From assembly GCF_018350175.1 (NCBI RefSeq), contig NC_058371.1, forward strand, positions 186,930,001-186,994,000: a stretch of DNA of 64,000 nt, written 5' to 3'. Made by a program: the position numbers and the translations under genes. How positions within the stretch are numbered: position 1 is the stretch's first letter; each line of letters begins with the position of its first letter. Origin of the DNA: Felis catus. Taxonomy: Eukaryota. This document shows positions 12,230 through 25,711 of this stretch, piece by piece. The notes under the pieces were generated by a model. That model worked only from the letters and a program-made list of their open reading frames with translations, did not search any database and was not told where the DNA came from.

Positions 12230-13254
12230 ATGTTGTCACTCTTTAAATTTTGACAATAAGGTTTGAAAAATGTTGTATTTAATAACTTTACATTTGCATA
12301 TTTTGATATTAGTGAGGTTGTAGACCTTCTTCACATTGAAATAGTAAAAATTCTCTCTTGAAAAAAAAAAGTTGTTTGTTGGAGGAGGCTGAGATGTAAC
12401 CCCTCCTTTTATATCCAAAACTTCAACAAAATAAACACCCCCATTATGGATGTGTTCATTAACTTGATTGGGGGAATCGTTTCAAAATGTATGTGTGCAT
12501 CACATCATCGCATTGTATACTCTAAGTATATCACAATTTTACTTGTCAGTTATACCTGCATAAAGTTGGGCAAAAAACAGATTCCTCTAAAACACTTTGC
12601 TATCCACATAGTCTAATACCAAATGTATTAACTATTTTGTTTATATGGATTTAAGATTACTAGCAGCTCTCTTTTCTTCTGTAGTTATGACTGCTTTCCT
12701 GGTGGAGTGGGAGGTAAAGTGCTGGGTGTGTTAGATTGAGAAATAAAAAAGTACATATCTAAAATATCTTATCTACTAATCTTTGCATGTGAATCCAATG
12801 CCTTCTCCTCAAGTGAAGTTCTTACAGTTGGCTTCCCTGCCATCTTTCTTACAAAAACTGTACCTGTAATGCCTATAATGCAGCATTAGTTTTCATTTTG
12901 GTTTCTCTAAAGTGGATCAATAAATTAAAGACAAAATAATAAGTAAAAGCAAAATACTCTGAATATATAATTCTTCTTGGTTCTTACAATTTTTTTGGAA
13001 AACTTTTACTGTTGTTTTTCCCAGGTTTAATTTAATGCTGTTTTATTAAACACCTCTCCTTTACTGAGACTTGCCATCATTGTTTCATAATAAACAAAAG
13101 CTCTCTTACAGAACTATTTAATCAGCTAGGATAATATTTCCATAAATTAAATAGTTATACTAAAAAAATCTCTGATAAGCAACATATCTAATTTTGGTAA
13201 GCATACAACTTCTCTGGTAGAAGTATATGTGCATGACTTAAGTGACCTGAAGTG

Positions 13255-14610
13255 ACTTATTTCTAGCAATATGGCAAACTGGGTAATTCTAAACAACCTT
13301 CCTGACTAAAGCAGATAAGTGGTGGGTAAAATATATATTCAATCTTCAAAAGGCATTGCTGAGTTAGCACAAAAGGAAGTAATTTATAGAGGTCAAAGAA
13401 AAAATGGAACTAAGAACTTTGATGGATAAGAGGATGCCAAAATCATTATATGTAGAGGTTTCTGGTAAACCCTAGAGTTCATGAGCTTCTGTTTTGATGC
13501 TGGAAAAAGTGCAGGGGAATGGAGCTAAAATCTAGGATCTTCCAGGGGTTCCTGGATAGACCAGTCAGTTAAGACCCTCAACTCCTGATTTTAGCTCAGG
13601 TCATGATCTCAAGGTCATAAGATTGAGCCCCGTGTGGCCATAAGATCAAGCCCCATGTTAGGCTCACTGTGGAGCCCAGAGCCTGCTTTGGATTCTCTCT
13701 CTCCCCCTCTCTCTCTCTACCCATTCCCTGCTGGTGCACAATCCTTCTCTCTCAAAATAAATAAATAAAGTTAAAAATCTAGGATCTGCCAAAAGATGGA
13801 GCTTATGAAGGCAAACTCCATGAGGTGCAGCCCCTAATAGCTATACATTGAAGGAAAAAGAGACATAAAAATTGTGTTTATCAATTTATTGCATTTATTG
13901 ATTCTATGCTAAGTGAAGAAAAAAAATCCCATTTGAGAATTTGCCATCATTAAACAATCATTGCAGAGGTATACAATTCAAATTCATGCTTTCATTTTAG
14001 TAAAAAAAAAAAAAATCTACACTGAAGTAAAGTGGTCCTGGGTTACTAAAGCTGCCAAATATCATGAACACATACAAATGTCTTTTGGAGGAATCCAACT
14101 ACAACCTAGGCCTCAAGAAATTCTCATAAGGTGCCAATTAAAATGAGTAGCTTGTGGCCTAAAATCACAAAACACAAAAGGAAACACAAAAAGTGACCAC
14201 CAGCAGGAACAAAGCAATGAATATCAGAAGTGAAAGTCTTCAGTGATTGCAATAATCAGACAGAGTATAAAATATACAAATTCAATATGTTTAAAAAAAA
14301 TAAAAGAGAAGCTTGAAAATACAGGCAGAGAAGAGAAATTACAAGGAACAACTAAGTATATTTAGAAACACTCAAACTACACTCACATACATTAAAAATA
14401 AATTAATTAAAATTAAACATAAAATGAGTAAATAGGAAATTGGAGACAACACTTAAGAGTTTTAGTGAACTGAAAGAAAGATCCAAATAAATGATCTAGA
14501 ATGCATCTTCGAAAGAAAAGTGACTGAAAACATTAAATAGGGTAAGATACATAGAGGATAGAGGGATAAATATCTGGCATAAACCTTAATTGGTGATCCA
14601 GAAAGAGACT
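13255..14610 (+). mobile_element. Ancient L1/HAL1-like 5' region and ORF1 start
   Basis: Degenerate A-rich L1 ORF1-like sequence (AGTGAACTGAAAGAAAGATCC...TAATTGGTGATCCAGAAAGAGA) that resumes at ~17790. Confidence 0.65.
13545..13773 (+). mobile_element. CAN-SINE with internal ~23-bp duplication
   Basis: TSD AAAATCTAGGATCT at 13527-13540 and 13774-13787. Confidence 0.9.
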
Positions 14611-15820
14611 GTATTAGTCAGAATAGGCTAATCTATGGCACAACAAAAAGTAAACCCCACATTTTAGTAGCCTAACAAAACAAATGTTATTTCTCACTCA
14701 TATAAAGTTCAGTGTGTATCAGGCAAATTTTCAGGGAAATATCTCCTCCACAGCAGTGGAATCTTGTGCATCTTCCACCTCAATAAGTGGTTTGCTGCCA
14801 AAGGAGAAGACAAAGCTGAACATTAACAGAAGAGGCATCAATGATACCGAGAATACATAGCATTATCTCTGTTTCTGTTTGCCCTCCAGTCATAAAATCA
14901 CTCCATTCTTCTACCCACACACAGAACATACTCAGCCCCAACCCAAAGGCCCATCTGTCATTGCCCTCAGCTCGAAATCCAAGAATTCTGAGCGAGAGTC
15001 ACTTAGTCTTTCCAAACATGGCTTCTCTTCTCATGAGATCTATGAAGTCACCATTATGCCACACCTCACCTCATCGACTGTGAAACAGGAACAAAATAGT
15101 TACAGTAAAGATTCCCATTTGAAAAGGAAATGAATGGGAGACATATAATATAATATACCCTTCACTGAAATCCACTGGACAGACACTGTGCGTGCTCCTT
15201 ACTCAAGGGAGATCTTCCTTAATTAACCTCTGATTCTCCTCTTCGGAGGAATCTTTGTCCATTGGTTTCATGTCCCATGGTGTCATTCTCTGTCAAGTTA
15301 TTCCTTTTTAATTAGTATCCTTGACCACATCTAAAATGAGCTTTGGGAGTCATACACTGTTGTGGTCTGCACAGGTTTCAAAACTGACTTTCTGTTTATT
15401 GAAAGTTGGAACCCAATGGTTGTTTCAAATCTTAAAAGTCATATGTTTTGTTTTGTTTTTTCAAATCCAGACTCAGATTTTTTTTGTCATTATAGGTTTC
15501 CTACAAACTTATTAACTTTCTGAACTATTTGCTTCCAGTCAGTTACATGTGCCAGTAATGACACCAGAGGTACTCTTAAAGACATTGTTTTTAGATATGA
15601 TTTCTTCTTTCATTCTCTTGTCCCTCATACTTCTCTGTCTTGATTTAATGGGAGGTACTTTAAGGCTATCTGGAGCAATGAAGGGGGTGGAGGTGGGGGT
15701 TGGGTCATTTTATCTATTGGTAGGTTTTGCTAGTTGCCATTTTTAGGTCTTTTGACTTTCTCAATTCTATAGGGTTCTGAGTTTCTATTCCCTATTATTG
15801 TGCAAACTGACCTTATCTCT
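14611..15820 (-). mobile_element. MaLR (MLT1) LTR plus internal sequence
   Basis: Begins TGTATTAGTCAGAATAGGCTAATCTATGGC, a reverse MLT1 end. MLT-int-like AAGATTCCCATTTGAAAAGGAAATGAATGGGAG follows. Confidence 0.6.
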
Positions 15821-15834
15821 CTTGAACAAATCCC

Positions 15835-16278
15835 TTTTTAAAAAATGTTTATTGGGGCGCCTGGGTGGCTCAGTCAGTTGAGCGTCCGACTTCGGCTCAG
15901 GTCACGATCTCGTGGTCCGTGATTTCGAGCCCCGCATCGGGCTCTGGGCTGATGGCTCAGAGCCTGGAGCCTGCTTCCGATTCTGTATCTCCCTCTCTCT
16001 CTGCTCCTTCCCCGTTCATGCTCTGTCTCTCTCTGTCTCAAAAATAAATAAACGTTAAAAAAAGTTTTTTTTAAATGTTTATTAATTTATTTTGGGGATA
16101 GAGAGGAGAGAGAAAGCATGAGCAGGGGAGGGGCAGAGAGAGGTAGAGAGAGAATACAAGGCAGGCTCCATGTTCAGCACAGAGCCCAAGGCGGGGCTCA
16201 ATGCCATGACCATAAGATCAAGACCTGAGTCAAAATCAAGAAACAGGCACTAAACCAACTGAGCCATCCAGGCACCCC
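15835..16278 (-). mobile_element. Older CAN-SINE (host of the preceding SINE)
   Basis: TSD TGAACAAATCCC at 15823-15834 and 16279-16290. Confidence 0.9.
15854..16072 (+). mobile_element. Young felid SINE (SINEC_Fc-like) inserted in the tail of another SINE
   Basis: CpG-rich full-length body. TSD AAATGTTTATT at 15843-15853 and 16073-16083. Confidence 0.93.
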
Positions 16279-16303
16279 TGAACAAATCCCATGTTAATAA
16301 CAT

Positions 16304-17785
16304 TGTCACAGGTTGGGTTCTCCAGAAAGTAGATGCCGATGTTGGGGTTAGTGTACAGGATATTTGTTAAGGACCTTGGGATCAGCATCTGTGAAAGAGA
16401 AGAAAAGATAGGAGGACTGAGAAATTGAGATATGGAGGCCCATGATAGCTTCAGCCTACCCCACAGGGAATTTGGGCACTAAAATTGTCCAAGACGATTG
16501 TCACAAACTGAGCTAAAATGGCTAGATGTTTATGCATCTGTTCTGATCAGTCATTGGACTGTTGCACCTTTGTGAAAGCTGACTAACTGCAGCAAAGTAA
16601 TTCTGTGAAGAGGCTGTTATCTGATGGGTCCTGTTAATGGAACTTCCAGAAACAGAGGAGTAAGTCCTTCTATGAAGAGAGATCTAGACAAAATATCTTG
16701 TCCATCCCCATCCACTCTTGTGTTTCTTGACTATGCTTCTTAGCATGTTGAGTAGCCGATTTTCAACAATTCTGGTAGGCCTCTCTTCCTGGGGAAAACT
16801 TAGTACAAAAAGGTGAGTGGAAAAAACAGACAACTCCCACCATTGCAGATGGTCTCTGGACCACAACTGATATTCAGTGTCTCCATCCTCCACTAGATGA
16901 TACAATGAATAGATTACATGGTTGTAAACCCACTTACACATTTCCTTGTTGTATATGCGCCCCCTGGTCTGACACAATACAACGTGGGATAAACCAGTGA
17001 ATCAAAGATCTATAAACCCTTCAATAGTGGTGCTGGTTGAGATCCTGAAAGCAAGACAGGAAAATGCACACACAGAATATGTATCTGTTCTTGTGAGAAT
17101 TAATCACTGTACCTTTAATGATAAGAAAGAGGCCAATATAGTCACTTTGCCCCTAAGGTGACTCATTGGTCTCCTCAAAAAATGGTGCTGCATCTGGAGC
17201 CCTTCAATGGTATCTATTATTGATTAATCGGACATTTAGCAGTGGCAATAGCTACATCAGCTTTGGTAAGTTTACCTTCATGTTGTTGACACCATGCGTG
17301 GCCTCCATCACTGTTACCATGACCACCTCAATCATGTGTGCCTCATACCAGCACTGAGGAGGTCCATGACAGAAAAGTCATTCGAATACTTGGTTGTGTA
17401 GTATCTCTTTCATGAAGGATATTCTCTGATGGGTATTAATATGTCCTAATAAAGATATTTACCCTTAGCACCCACCCCCATATGTTCATCCACATGCTGC
17501 TATCCCAGATCACCCTATTCCTGGCCTTTCACTCTTTCTCATTTCAGATGTCTGACCAACTGTCCAGGATATTCACATCTGCACTTGAATCCATATATAT
17601 TTTAACCTGAGGTAGTCACTCCTCTGAATACAAAAGTTGATGACCAAGTGTGCCACTAATATGTCTGCCAAACCTTCCACCCACATTCTTTTGTCCATAA
17701 TTCAGTCACATACTCCTAACCTAATTGAAAGAGAGGCTAGACCAGCTACTCTTATTCTGTGCCTGGAGTGTTCAAACATTGTCTC
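16304..17785 (-). mobile_element. ERV-L LTR (LTR16-like) plus degenerate pol/integrase
   Basis: Minus strand ~17335-17130 translates HD*GGHGNSDGGHAWCQQHEGKLTKADVAIATAKCPINQ**IP...GDQ*..QSDYIG, matching the recalled ERV-L integrase HHCC zinc finger and core start. LTR-like TGTCACAGGTTGGGTTCTCCAGAAAG at 16304. Confidence 0.8.
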
Positions 17786-17789
17786 TGCC

Positions 17790-18920
17790 ACAGAGATTAA
17801 CAGAGAATGGAGAAAAGGTAATGTTCAAGTCAAGAATGGTTGAGAATTTTCCAGAGCTATGTAAAGACACCAATTCTCAAAACTAGGAATTACAACAAAT
17901 CCCAAGAGTGTTAAATAAAAAGAAACCACACCTCAGTCATCATCATAATACTGAAGAACACCAAAGTAAAAGAGGTCTTAAAAGATAGAGTGCCCACAAA
18001 GGGACGGAAATTAGACTGATTGATGACTTATCTCAATAGCGATCATCAAAGCCAGATTATATTGGAATAATGCCACTAATGTTATCAGAAAAAAAGATAG
18101 TTGAACTAGTGTTCAAGAAAGAGGATAAAGACATTTTCAGATAAATAATATGTGAGTAGCTAACCTAGCACAGATCCTGCCTGGATTACAGTCTATAGGG
18201 ATACACTTTAAACAAAAGGAAAATGATCACAGAACATCTGAGATAGAATGGTGAGCAAAAAATACATAAGTAAATGAATAAGATTGAGAAATATGTGGGC
18301 AAATCTAAGTCAACATCGACAATTCGAAAGAACTACAATAATTTTTAACTGTTGGAAAAAACTAGAAGAGAGTTAAAATACAGAATAACAATAAGACTTA
18401 AATTGAGGGGAAAAGGTAATTAAGTATTTAGGGTCCTTGAATATCTGGGAAGATGATAAAGTGGTGGTGGTGGTCGTGGTAGTTGAACAAGTCTGTTAAA
18501 GGCGTTAGAGTAACAAAAAAATACATTGAGCACATAACATCCAAACATATAAAAGGAAAAAAGAAATGAGAAAAAGATGATACATATAATCATATTATTT
18601 TACCAACATATAGACCGGGAAAGCAGCAAAATGAAACAGTATATTTTTAGGTGTACATATCAAACCATAAAGGAAATTTAGACAGTAATTTAGAGAAGAT
18701 TCAGGATAGTGGTCACCCTGGGGAGAGTATGCAGGGAGGGGGAGCACCAAAAGGAATGCAAAAGGGAGGGTGGGAGAGGATTAGGGGAACCTAGGTTTCT
18801 ATTCTTAAAGCTAGACAGTGAGTACCCAAGTATTTATTTTATTATAATCTTTTAAAGGAATCAAAAATGTTTTAAATACTCTTTTCCATGTATATTTCAT
18901 CAAAAAATAAATCTACTAAA
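17790..18920 (+). mobile_element. Continuation of the ancient L1/HAL1-like element
   Basis: GAATGGTTGAGAATTTTCCAGA...AAATAAAAAGAAACCACACCT...ATAAAGACATTTTCAGATAAA corresponds to the L1 ORF1 C-terminal region. Confidence 0.65.
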
Positions 18921-21900
18921 ATAAAGGTAAGGATGTGAGTTGAGGGATGTGTTAATTAACTTGATCATTGAAATCATTTCACAATGTATATGAGCATCAA
19001 ATCATCACGTTGTATGCTTTGAATATATTACAATTTTATTTGTCAATTATACCTCAATAAAAACTGAAAAAAAAACAATAAGTAAATAAGTGAACAAATA
19101 AACAATGAAAATGACTTGCCAGTTCTGAGTGTGCAAAGTGCCCATGACTATTAATCATTATAGGTTGTCAGCACATATATTTTAGAGAAGGAATGGACAG
19201 TGTCAATTAAGGCAATCAATCAATCCAGAAAAACATTAATCCAGCAATTTGAGTAAGTAGAAATCAATTAAGAGTGGTTCCACTCTGGGTATATAAAACT
19301 ATTTGGATGTGCTCTCCCTGGAGAAGAGAGGAGAGAAGAAAAATACTCCTAGTTTGGTTACTCAGAAACTACTCTTGAGTATTGGGTCTGGGTTTGTCTG
19401 ACTGCAATGTGTGGGCTATATCTCTTTCTATACAGTTTTGTTCCTCCACGGAAAGTATAGCAACAGGTTATTGGTTAACCACAACAACAAAAAAGATAGT
19501 TAATAAGGCTTGTATTTCTTCTAAAGTTGCTTGAATAGTGTCTGCTCAGTTCCCTGAAGAAACTAGGATAAAATAATGGTATACATTTTAATAAAATATG
19601 CAGGGAGTTTGAACATTAAAACTGCCATTATTAGTACTACCATCATCAGTAGAAAAGTTGTATACCTAATTCTCCATACATTATGCTAAAAAATTAAAGC
19701 ATTATATCTAATGCAATGTCAAACACAATGTTAATATAAAAACTAACTACAGGAAAGTAGAAATGTGAAAGAATGGAATTCTAAATGAACAGATTAGAAA
19801 GATGGTAGCAAGAAGATATCCTCAGCTTCTAGAATCAGCACAGAGGGTTTTCTAATGCAGCACTCTGAAAAAGAATTCATTCATGGAAGTTCTACCTGTC
19901 ATCACTTACATTTTCATAAATGATACGTAAAATGACTAGTTGTTAAAATGCAATATTGACATCAGGTTGATAATGAATCAGCAACCAAGAAATGCCCAGG
20001 AGTGTATTCATCCAAACTATCATAATTGGCCAGACCCTGTGATTTGTCAGAGAGAAATGTGAGAATAAAACAATCAGGATCCCTGCCTCTTTGGGCGAGT
20101 GAAGCAAACAGGTAAAGTGAGTCCCTTGTTTCCATTTCCCTGTATCTTAGTAGGTGCTTACTCAAAATGTTAGCTAACTTATGGTTGGGTAGCAGGTTGA
20201 GTAAAAGTGCTTTCAGAATACCAAGGAGCAGGAAATATTTGAGCTGAATCTTTAAGGAAGGACAGGACATTTCCAAGAAGAGAGATATTCCACTAACAGA
20301 GATCAATGGAAAGAAAGATGTTTTTTTTTTTTTCCCCTCCAAAACGTAAGATAACACAGGGCTAGACAGACATGTAAGCCCTGAAGGATTCCGAGTGCCT
20401 GTAACAGAGGCTGAGAGTGGAGATGAGATTGGGAGGTTGATTGGACCATGTATGAACGGCATCTATTCCAAAGTAGTTTGTACTTTCTCCTACAGAAGAT
20501 ACAAGGCCTTCAGAGGTTTGCATGCAGGAAGCAGGCATGCAGGTTTTATTTCTCTAAGGAGGAGAGCTCCTGCAGCATAACAGAATGGCTTGGGTGAAGT
20601 GTGCCATGCTGTAGGCCCTGAGTCAGTGACCACTTGTGTGTGATGGAAGGTGTCCAGGTGGTGGAAACCTAGTGGGAAAGGCAGGTAAAATCAGGGGATG
20701 GATAACTGCTATATGAAGGTTAAGTGTTGTGATAAAAATATACACAGTGGCGCTTTGGAAGTACACAGGAGGGCTACCTACTTCACGGTGGAGAAGTCAG
20801 GGAAGGCTTCTAGGAAAAAGTGAGACTAGGAAATCAGGAAATAAAGTCAAATAATGTACTCTAATAAATTGCTCAGGACGCAACCATTATGTTAACAGAT
20901 CATAACTGATTCTTATCCAGTGGCATGCATTTTGGGGAACATGGCAAGTGTACATATGAAAGTAATTAATGTAATAAATGAATAAAATCATAAGAACAGC
21001 ATTTAATCTTCTTAAGCACAAGGAATGTTTAACTGATTAATCATGCACAGTGAACATTTATCAAGGGCTACACACCAGAGAAGCTTCAAGAGAACCTTCA
21101 GGAGTGCCAGAATTGTATCCAATGAGATTCCCACCTTGGAAAGGGGTTAGAATGGGTCCCATTTCCCTGAGTCTCTTTCAATACTGAGGTTCCATTTCTG
21201 CCACCTTCTAGCTCAAGAAGCTTATAACCTAATTGGTGAGGCAGACTTTTCATGCCAGAAAAGAATAAAGCTAAAACAAGGCTTATACAAAAGTAGGAGT
21301 AAGTAGTTTGGCGCAAGCCGAAACTTCATGGCGTTTCTGAGAGATGAGTGGAGAAACCTGGACTAACGAATTCCGGACAGAGGGGAATTCCTGGGCAGAG
21401 GGCCTAGGAATATGCAGAACCATGGCTTTCTCTTTTCTTTCTTCCTTCCTGCCTCCCATCCTCTGCCACCCCTTTCGTTCCTTCTGTCAATAGATATTTA
21501 CTGAACCTAGAATTTCTCTTCTAATCAAAACGTATTTCTTCACTGCAAGTTGTTTGTGGTTCCATGAAGGGACACCAGAATGAGAAAACCTACCCTCCCC
21601 TCCTTCCCTCCTAAATCTAAGTCCATCTTCTGGAGACAGGAATAGGGCATTGACCAGGGAATATATCCCCAAAAAAGTGGTGCCCAAACTAAATCGTGAA
21701 GGAGCCCAGAAGATACGCCAGGTGGAAAAATAGCTCACACCAAAGCAAACTACAGTGTGCGGCATATTCCAGGAACTACTACTAGGATCCAACTAGGGCA
21801 GAAGCTTAGGGTAGTGAAGAGGGGTGAGAGGTAGAATCCAAGGAATTGTGCAATAATGACTCTCAGGACAGCAGACAGACCTGGCTCATGGCAGGAACCG

Positions 21901-24900
21901 TCAGAGATAAGGTTGAATAGGTCATCTAAGGTCCTGCTGACTGGAGAACAGAAACGAACTTGACAGAAANNNNNNNNNNNNNNNNNNNNNNNNNNNNNNN
22001 NNNNNNNNNNNNNNNNNNNNNNNNNNNNNNNNNNNNNNNNNNNNNNNNNNNNNNNNNNNNNNNNNNNNNNNNNNNNNNNNNNNNNNNNNNNNNNNNNNNN
22101 NNNNNNNNNAAAGTAGTGTGGNNNNNNNNNNNNNNNNNNNNNNNNNNNNNNNNNNNNNNNNNNNNNNNNNNNNNNNNNNNNNNNNNNNNNNNNNNNNNNN
22201 NNNNNNNNNNNNNNNNNNNNNNNNNNNNNNNNNNNNNNNNNNNNNNNNNNNNNNNNNNNNNNNNNNNNNNNNNNNNNNNNNNNNNNNNNNNNNNNNNNNN
22301 NNNNNNNNNNNNNNNNNNNNNNNNNNNNNNNNNNNNNNNNNNNNNNNNNNNNNNNNNNNNNNNNNNNNNNNNNNNNNNNNNNNNNNNNNNNNNNNNNNNN
22401 NNNNNNNNNNNNNNNNNNNNNNNNNNNNNACTAACTACAGACCATCTCTTTGGAATATTTGTACAGTCTCCACTAGGACTAAGAGGTGATATTTTAATGC
22501 AACCATTTGCCATATTTGAAGGCAATTTTGTAGGTACATGGTGCTGCATACCATGTGTTTCAGGGACTGTTAGAAAATGAAAAATTAGTGAGGGATACAC
22601 AACTTTTTCATTGATATCCCAAGCTGAACCTAGAAATAATTAGCCAAGCAGGAAAAGAAAGCAGAAGGACACTGCACACAGGAAAACACAGTTATAAAAG
22701 CAAGTCAGAAAAACAACAACAGAGGACTGCAAAAATTCCTAACAAGGAGAACCAGCAGTGCACACAGAAAAGGGCAACAGAGAAGACTGGCGAGTTGGAC
22801 AGGGTCCAGACTGTTACAAACTTAAATTTCCATAAAGAAGAAACCTCCTGCAACTTTACTAACATAGTGTGGGGAATCCACTGAAAATCTTCCATCTAGT
22901 GAGTGTGGTAAAGAATTGGTTTTTAGGAGTATGATGAAAAACGTTGTGGATCTTTCACTTGGAAAACTGGGAGGATCCTAAGGTCTTCCTTGTCCTAGCT
23001 CCCAGAGGCAAGTGTAGTGGAAAGCCTGGAAAAAGCCTGGGCACCCAAAAAGGAAGTAAGAGAAAAGGTCACCACACTAAAAGCCAGAGATGTGAGTTCT
23101 AGTTTCAGCCCCATACTGACTAGCTGGGTAGCAAAAGCATGGAGTTCATCTTCCTTGAAGCTCTACTTTTCTTTCTAATTGGGAAAGTTGTATGGGGACA
23201 CATCTAGTCTGGGTTTGGAGGAATAGATTGATATGGTTCCATCCACAGTCCCTTCTGTGTATAGCAGTTATTGATAGCCATCAGGATATAGAGATGGCTT
23301 TAAGGAATTCCTCCCACCCAAAACAATCTGATTCCCTGACATGAAGGTACAGGGCCAGAGGCCATACCACAATATGGGCAAAGGCACCCAAAACTGGAAG
23401 TATGGAGGTTTCGGGGAAGAAACAAGGTTTGGAATATAAAACTACTAGCTGCTAGTCCGTGGTCTAAAAGCACACAGAGATGATGTGGTTTTGATGGAAA
23501 CCCAATTATAATGGAAGTTACTACATTTGTTATAATCTGAATTTTTGGTTCTGACTTGTAACTTAATATCCGAATTATTTCCATTGATATTTTTATTGCC
23601 GATCTTCATAGTTTTTTTTATTCCATTAATTATCTGAATTTGCTCTTGGATCTTTAATAAATAAATTTAACGATAACAAAGGTACTGTGCCAGTATATAG
23701 TCATAAAAATCACTTGTTCTCTTTCTTTCTACATCCCCATACATCTTAAATATCCTTCTAATATGCAAGTAAAACGAGTACAGAGTTGGCTTCTGGAGAA
23801 GAGCATCAAAGGACCCCAAATTCTCAAACATTCTTTCATTTACGCTTTCCTTTGCTGTGGACTTCCTTATGTCTTGATGCAACTAGCTGTTTCAACATTA
23901 CGAGGGTCCCAGCCACCAATAATTCCAATGCTCGTGTTTCTGCCTTATCATAGATTACCTAGTTGTAAGTCAGAATTCCATTTATTTCTTTATATTAAGA
24001 CCTGGCTTTAATATTCTCACCTGGGGGGGGGGGTTCCCAGTGGCTATCTATTATTAAGTACTCTGATTTGCTCATGAAATCCTCACTTAAATATTCAACA
24101 AAACTTGAAGAAGTTAAGGTATCAGGATATGATGAAGTAGAAGGAGCACTGAGTTAGGAGTCCAGTACAGTCTTGAGAGCTGGGTGGCCTTGAATAATGC
24201 ATATAATCTCCTTCAGCCCCAGTTTCCCCAGCTATAAAACTAGGGTGGGACCAGTTATCATTTTAGATGTCCTCCTGTTAAAACATTCTGAAATTTGATT
24301 TCCCAGGCTGCTTTTGGGAGCATCCATTTGCTTCCATCCTGGCAAGCAGAGGCCAATGCTATTATAACCTGACAGCTGGAGAGATAGACAAAGAATAAAA
24401 GCTTCCCTAAGTGTTCCTGATCCTCCTTTTTTGTAAATAAATGAAAAGACTTCATTTTCCAGAGCAAATCCTGAGTTGCAAATGCCATTTTTTTTTTCTT
24501 CATGGGGAGGTAAAAAAAAATTAGCATTTAAAAATATGCCAGCATGTAACATTTCGTTTGTTTCCATAATGTCTGATTTAAGGATAAAGATCTTTTTTTC
24601 AACACTGAAAGCAAAACCTCCTAATTCATCTGGCTTACGGGATCATTTACATATCCAATGGAACATTTATTTTATCTGACCAGAATTGAAGATGATACAA
24701 CATTCTCGGCTGAGATTAAAAATATATAAGGATGGAATATTGATGGCAACACACAATATAGAGGAGAACAGCCCAGATGATGCACCGAGGATGATAAGAA
24801 TGAAATGGTTCGAGCTAAAGTGAAATCATAACCTCAAAAGATATAGATTAATGACAGTGGTTTCTAAGATTGAAAAAGGAGAGGCAAGGATAAAAGAGGA

Positions 24901-25673
24901 ATAAATTTAAGCATTTCAACAAAGGATGGGGAAATTTAAAGGATAATGTTAATTGAATTATGTGTTGTAACCAGATAATACTCCATTATACAGAGATGAA
25001 AGCCACGGTCATATCAAACCATCTAGTCGAAAGATGTCAACTTGAATCTGCAAGGGTTATTTTTAAAGTGGCAGACTCTAATATGAGTCTGAATTTCAGG
25101 AGTACAATTTTAGTTTAAGCTTATTAATTTATAATGGTGATAAACTTAGTTTGATTGCTCAGTAACATATATCCAGATTTATGACAGCACTGGGATAACT
25201 GAATGCGTTGTTACTTTTCATCTAGAATTCATTGATTTGTTTTGTGTCTATTTACTGAGGTCTCCTATGTGTCCATAATCCCAAGTGGCCCATAGGGCCC
25301 GGTTTTTTCAAACTTCATTCATTCAACTAACCTTTCCTAAGTACCTTCTGTGTAGAAAGTATTGTGCTAAAGTTCAGAGCCTAAAGGACATTAACGCACT
25401 TTTTGAGGACAGGAGCCGTATCATTTTCACATGCCTAGCAAGAGGGCCGGACCTAATTTTTGTCGCTGGTGAATATTAAAACAAACAGAACATTTTAGGG
25501 AGGCAAATACAAAATCAAATAATATTTTACATGTCTACAACCATGAACTAAAGAACTTGGAAGAGATCTTATATGTCATTGGATCTAATGTTTCCTAAGT
25601 TTGTTTCATGGAATAAAAGTAATGGATGTTACTAAAACAAAAGGGGGTGGGAGATTCCTTCGTCAAGTAAGTC

Positions 25674-25711
25674 TGGAAGGCAGCAGTGCCTCACCGCTAT
25701 GCCACCAATGC
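25674..25711 (-). pseudogene. 5'-half tRNA-Gly(TCC) tailless retropseudogene
   Basis: Minus strand reads GCATTGGTGGCATAGCGGTGAGGCACTGCTGCCTTCCA, versus recalled tRNA-Gly-TCC GCGTTGGTGGTATAGTGGTGAGCATAGCTGCCTTCCA. It ends in the anticodon loop and is flanked by 17-bp imperfect direct repeats at 25662-25678 and 25724-25740. Confidence 0.85.

Noticed and set aside
15865-16047. Recurrent ORFs of the type AQSVERPTSAQV...LEPASDSVSPSL (also 11969, 36478, 52996, 59495)
   Set aside because: Translations of CAN-SINE bodies, not a gene family.
19962-20462. 166-aa minus-strand ORF
   Set aside because: It overlaps L2-like remnants and a T-run, has antisense-repeat composition and no recognisable homology.
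23580-25100. Faint CR1/L3 reverse-transcriptase-like words near 23590-23690 and 24680-24950
   Set aside because: Too degenerate to support by eye; needs an HMM search.
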